A stretch of 19,301 nucleotides of DNA from the NCBI GenBank assembly GCA_044220955.1, contig JBGAQA010000113.1:404-19704 (forward strand), given 5' to 3'. The notes below the pieces were generated by a model. It saw nothing but the letters and a program-made list of their open reading frames with translations, searched no databases and was not told the origin of the DNA. The stretch's first letter is position 1; the number at the start of each line of letters is the position of its first letter. Source of the DNA: Sandaracinaceae bacterium. Its GTDB lineage: Bacteria > Myxococcota_A > Polyangia > Polyangiales > Sandaracinaceae. The translations under genes and the position numbers were made by a program. Shown here piece after piece: positions 16,904 to 19,301 of this stretch.

Positions 16904-16992
16904 CGAGCGCGCGGAGGTCTGCGCTCGGGTGCAGGTCGTGTCGAGGCCGAATTCCCTCTCCGGTGGCCTGGGAGAGGGTAGGGTCAGGACCC

Positions 16993-18036
16993 GTGACCGA
17001 GGCCAAGCGCCCCATCATCGTGCTCGATGCGATGGGCAGCGACCGCGGGCCTGCCGCGACCGTCGGAGGCGCCGCGCGCGTGAGCCTGCTGGCCAACGCG
17101 CCGGACGTCCTGCTCGTCGGGGACGCGGCGGCGCTGCACGCCGAGCTCGACAAGGTGAAGCACGAGCCAGCGCGCCTGCGCATCGTGCACGCGCTCGAGG
17201 TCATCGGGCAGGACGAGAAGCCGCAGGCGGCGCTCGCCGCGAAGAGGGATGCGTCCATCGTGCGCGCGGTCGAGCTCGTTCGGTCGGGCGAGGCGGACGC
17301 GCTCGTCTCGGCGGGGAACACCGGCGCCGTGACGCTCGCGTGCGCGAGGGGGTTCACGCGCCTGCCCGGCGTCTCCCGCGCGGCGCTCGGCGCGGTGTAC
17401 CCGACCGAGCGGCGCCGCGGCGAGAAGGACGACCCTTTCTCGCTCATCCTCGACGCCGGGCTCACGCTGGAGGCGAGCGCCGACGACCTCGTCGCGTTCG
17501 CGGTGATGGGCAGCGCCTACGCCGCGCGCATCTCGCGCAACGACACGCCGCGCGTCGCGTTGCTCTCGGTCGGGAGCGAGGAAGGCAAGGGCACGCCCGC
17601 GGTGGTCGCGGCGCACGAGCGCCTGAAGAGGTGCCCCGGGCTCGAGTTCATCGGCAACGTCGAGGGCATGGACATCCCGCGCGGGACGGCCGACGTGGTG
17701 GTCACCGGCGGCTTCGTCGGCAACATCGTCCTCAAGATGCTCGAGGGCGTGAGCGACACGGTGATGCGCCTCGCGCGCTACGCCGGCGAGAAGAGCCTGC
17801 AGTACCGCGCGGGGCTCGCGCTGCTCGCGCCGGCGATCAGGCGCGTCCGGCAGGTGACGGACTGGGAGCAGTACGGCGGCGCGCCGATCCTCGGCTTCGA
17901 TCGGCTCTGCATCAAGGCGCACGGGCGCAGCACCGAGCGCGCGATCGGCAACGCTCTCCGGGTCGCGCAGCGCGGGGCGGCGACCGGGTTGGTCGAGGCG
18001 ACCCGCGAGGGCCTCACTCGGGCCGGACTGGAGTAG
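16993..18036 (+). CDS. plsX: Phosphate acyltransferase PlsX
   Basis: GTG 16993; motifs IVLDAMGSD, VSAGNTGA, GSEEGKG, FIGNVEG, GNIVLK, YGGAPILG, IKAHGRS. Confidence 0.92.
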   Translation: MTEAKRPIIVLDAMGSDRGPAATVGGAARVSLLANAPDVLLVGDAAALHAELDKVKHEPARLRIVHALEVIGQDEKPQAALAAKRDASIVRAVELVRSGEADALVSAGNTGAVTLACARGFTRLPGVSRAALGAVYPTERRRGEKDDPFSLILDAGLTLEASADDLVAFAVMGSAYAARISRNDTPRVALLSVGSEEGKGTPAVVAAHERLKRCPGLEFIGNVEGMDIPRGTADVVVTGGFVGNIVLKMLEGVSDTVMRLARYAGEKSLQYRAGLALLAPAIRRVRQVTDWEQYGGAPILGFDRLCIKAHGRSTERAIGNALRVAQRGAATGLVEATREGLTRAGLE

Positions 18037-18048
18037 AGGGTGTCCCAC

Positions 18049-19301
18049 GTGACCGGCGCGCCGGACGAGAGATTGCTTCCGCCCGGGACCTCGATCGCGG
18101 ACCGCTTCGTGATCGATGGCGAGCTGGGGCGCGGCGGCATGGGCACGGTGTACCGGGGGCGCCAGACGCTCCTCGATCGACCGGTCGCCATCAAGGTGAT
18201 GAACCGCGCGATGAGCCTCGATCCCTCGCTGGTCGAGCGCTTCGTCACCGAGGCGAAGGCCGCGGCGGCGCTCAAGCACCCGAACGTCGTCGCGGTGATC
18301 GATCTCGGAAACGACCCCGTGGTCGGCGTCTTCATCGCGCTCGAGCTGCTCGACGGGGAGTCGCTCGCGAGCCGCCTCGCGCGGGAGGGCACGCTCGCGC
18401 CGAGCGTGGCGCTGGCGCTCGCAGGCCCGGTGATGGAGGCGCTCGATCTCGCGCACGGGCGAGGCGTCGTGCACCGCGACGTCAAGCCCGAGAACGTGTT
18501 CCTCGCCAAGGACCACGACGGACGCGTCGTGCCGAAGCTGCTCGACTTCGGGATCGCGCGGCTCGTCGGCGACGGCGCGAAGTCGCAGACCGCCACCGGC
18601 GTGGTCGTCGGTACGCCTGCGTACATGTCGCCCGAGCAGTGCCGCGCGCGCCCCGAGATCGGGCCGGCGACCGACGTGTGGGCGATGGGCGTCGTGCTCT
18701 ACGAGTGCCTCGCGGGCCGGCTCCCGTTCGCGGGGGTGTCGGCGACGGATCTGATCGTGTCCATCTGCACCGAGCAGCCGTCCCCCCTGCCGCCGAGCCT
18801 CCCCGCGCCGATCCGCGACGTGATCGAGCGCGCGCTCGCGCGCGACGCGTCGGCGCGCTGGCCCTCGATGCGCGCGATGCTCGATGCGCTGCGCGCGGCC
18901 GTCGCCGCGAGCCCCGATGCGCCTGCGCTCGCGCGGCAGCCGGCGGCGGAGGTCGCGCTGGCCCCGACGATGGCGGCGGGCGCGGTGGCGACGCCCTCGG
19001 CGCCGCGCTCGGTGGCCAAGACGGTCCTCGAGGCGCCCGCGGCTCCGACTCCGGCTCGAGCTTCGTCTCCGGCGCCGGGCACCGCCGTGGGGGGCCCGCC
19101 GCGCGTCGCGCGCGGGGGCGGCGCCGCCGCGGCGGGCGCGGACGCCTCGGGCTCGCGCGGGCGCACGGCCAGGTTGCGCAGCGAGCGCGTCTTGGGCGTC
19201 TGCGCATGGATGATGGCCTTGGTGTCGGGCTCCGCCGGCGCGGGCGACTGCGCGCCGGCCGGGCCCGCGGCCGCGGCCCAGGCCAGCAGGGCGACGAGCG
19301 G
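18049..19301 (+). CDS. Ser/Thr protein kinase, partial (no stop within window; absent from ORF track)
   Basis: Frame 1 from GTG 18049 (or 18040): GELGRGGMGTVY, VAIK, RFVTEA, HRDVKPEN, DFG, GTPAYMSPE, DVWAMG, then an Ala/Pro-rich linker. Confidence 0.9.
   Translation, partial: MTGAPDERLLPPGTSIADRFVIDGELGRGGMGTVYRGRQTLLDRPVAIKVMNRAMSLDPSLVERFVTEAKAAAALKHPNVVAVIDLGNDPVVGVFIALELLDGESLASRLAREGTLAPSVALALAGPVMEALDLAHGRGVVHRDVKPENVFLAKDHDGRVVPKLLDFGIARLVGDGAKSQTATGVVVGTPAYMSPEQCRARPEIGPATDVWAMGVVLYECLAGRLPFAGVSATDLIVSICTEQPSPLPPSLPAPIRDVIERALARDASARWPSMRAMLDALRAAVAASPDAPALARQPAAEVALAPTMAAGAVATPSAPRSVAKTVLEAPAAPTPARASSPAPGTAVGGPPRVARGGGAAAAGADASGSRGRTARLRSERVLGVCAWMMALVSGSAGAGDCAPAGPAAAAQASRATS

Noticed and set aside
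14472..17465. 997-aa minus-strand ORF, and similar long ORFs such as 3547..5952, 6001..7524, 7566..9512, 9488..11554, 11877..14027 and 16984..18516
   Set aside because: Arg/Ala/Gly-rich shadow frames overlapping genes with clear motifs; expected in very GC-rich DNA where stop codons are scarce.

Overview
Very GC-rich bacterial DNA whose gene content (Hanks-type Ser/Thr kinases, Cys-rich lipoproteins with DAG/DTG linkers) suggests a myxobacterium (Polyangiales/Sandaracinaceae-like; inference). Left to right: the N-terminus of a secreted protein leaving the window (-); an exported protein with a possible NlpC/P60-like Cys/His core behind a consensus sigma-54 promoter; a start-less HNH endonuclease relic; an M23 peptidase lipoprotein; a small Cys-rich lipoprotein; a Ser/Thr kinase-STAND(AAA)-helical repeat protein with no C-terminal output domain; an EntD-type PPTase; two overlapping lipoproteins (one with thrombospondin-like repeats, one with an HExxE motif); a ~167-bp palindromic MITE/REPIN-like element that supplies the stop codon of the adjacent gene; a tightly coupled operon of esterase, GCS2-type ligase+CBS and M14 deacylase; a Kazal-like lipoprotein with a 21-nt tandem repeat; an MFS transporter; a divergent plsX; and a second Ser/Thr kinase (absent from the ORF track) that meets what looks like a different gene's N-terminus on the opposite strand. 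The best candidate for an uncharacterised system is the esterase/ligase-CBS/deacylase operon. Most other long ORFs in the track are GC-rich shadow frames. All family calls come from motif recognition by eye; no searches were run.
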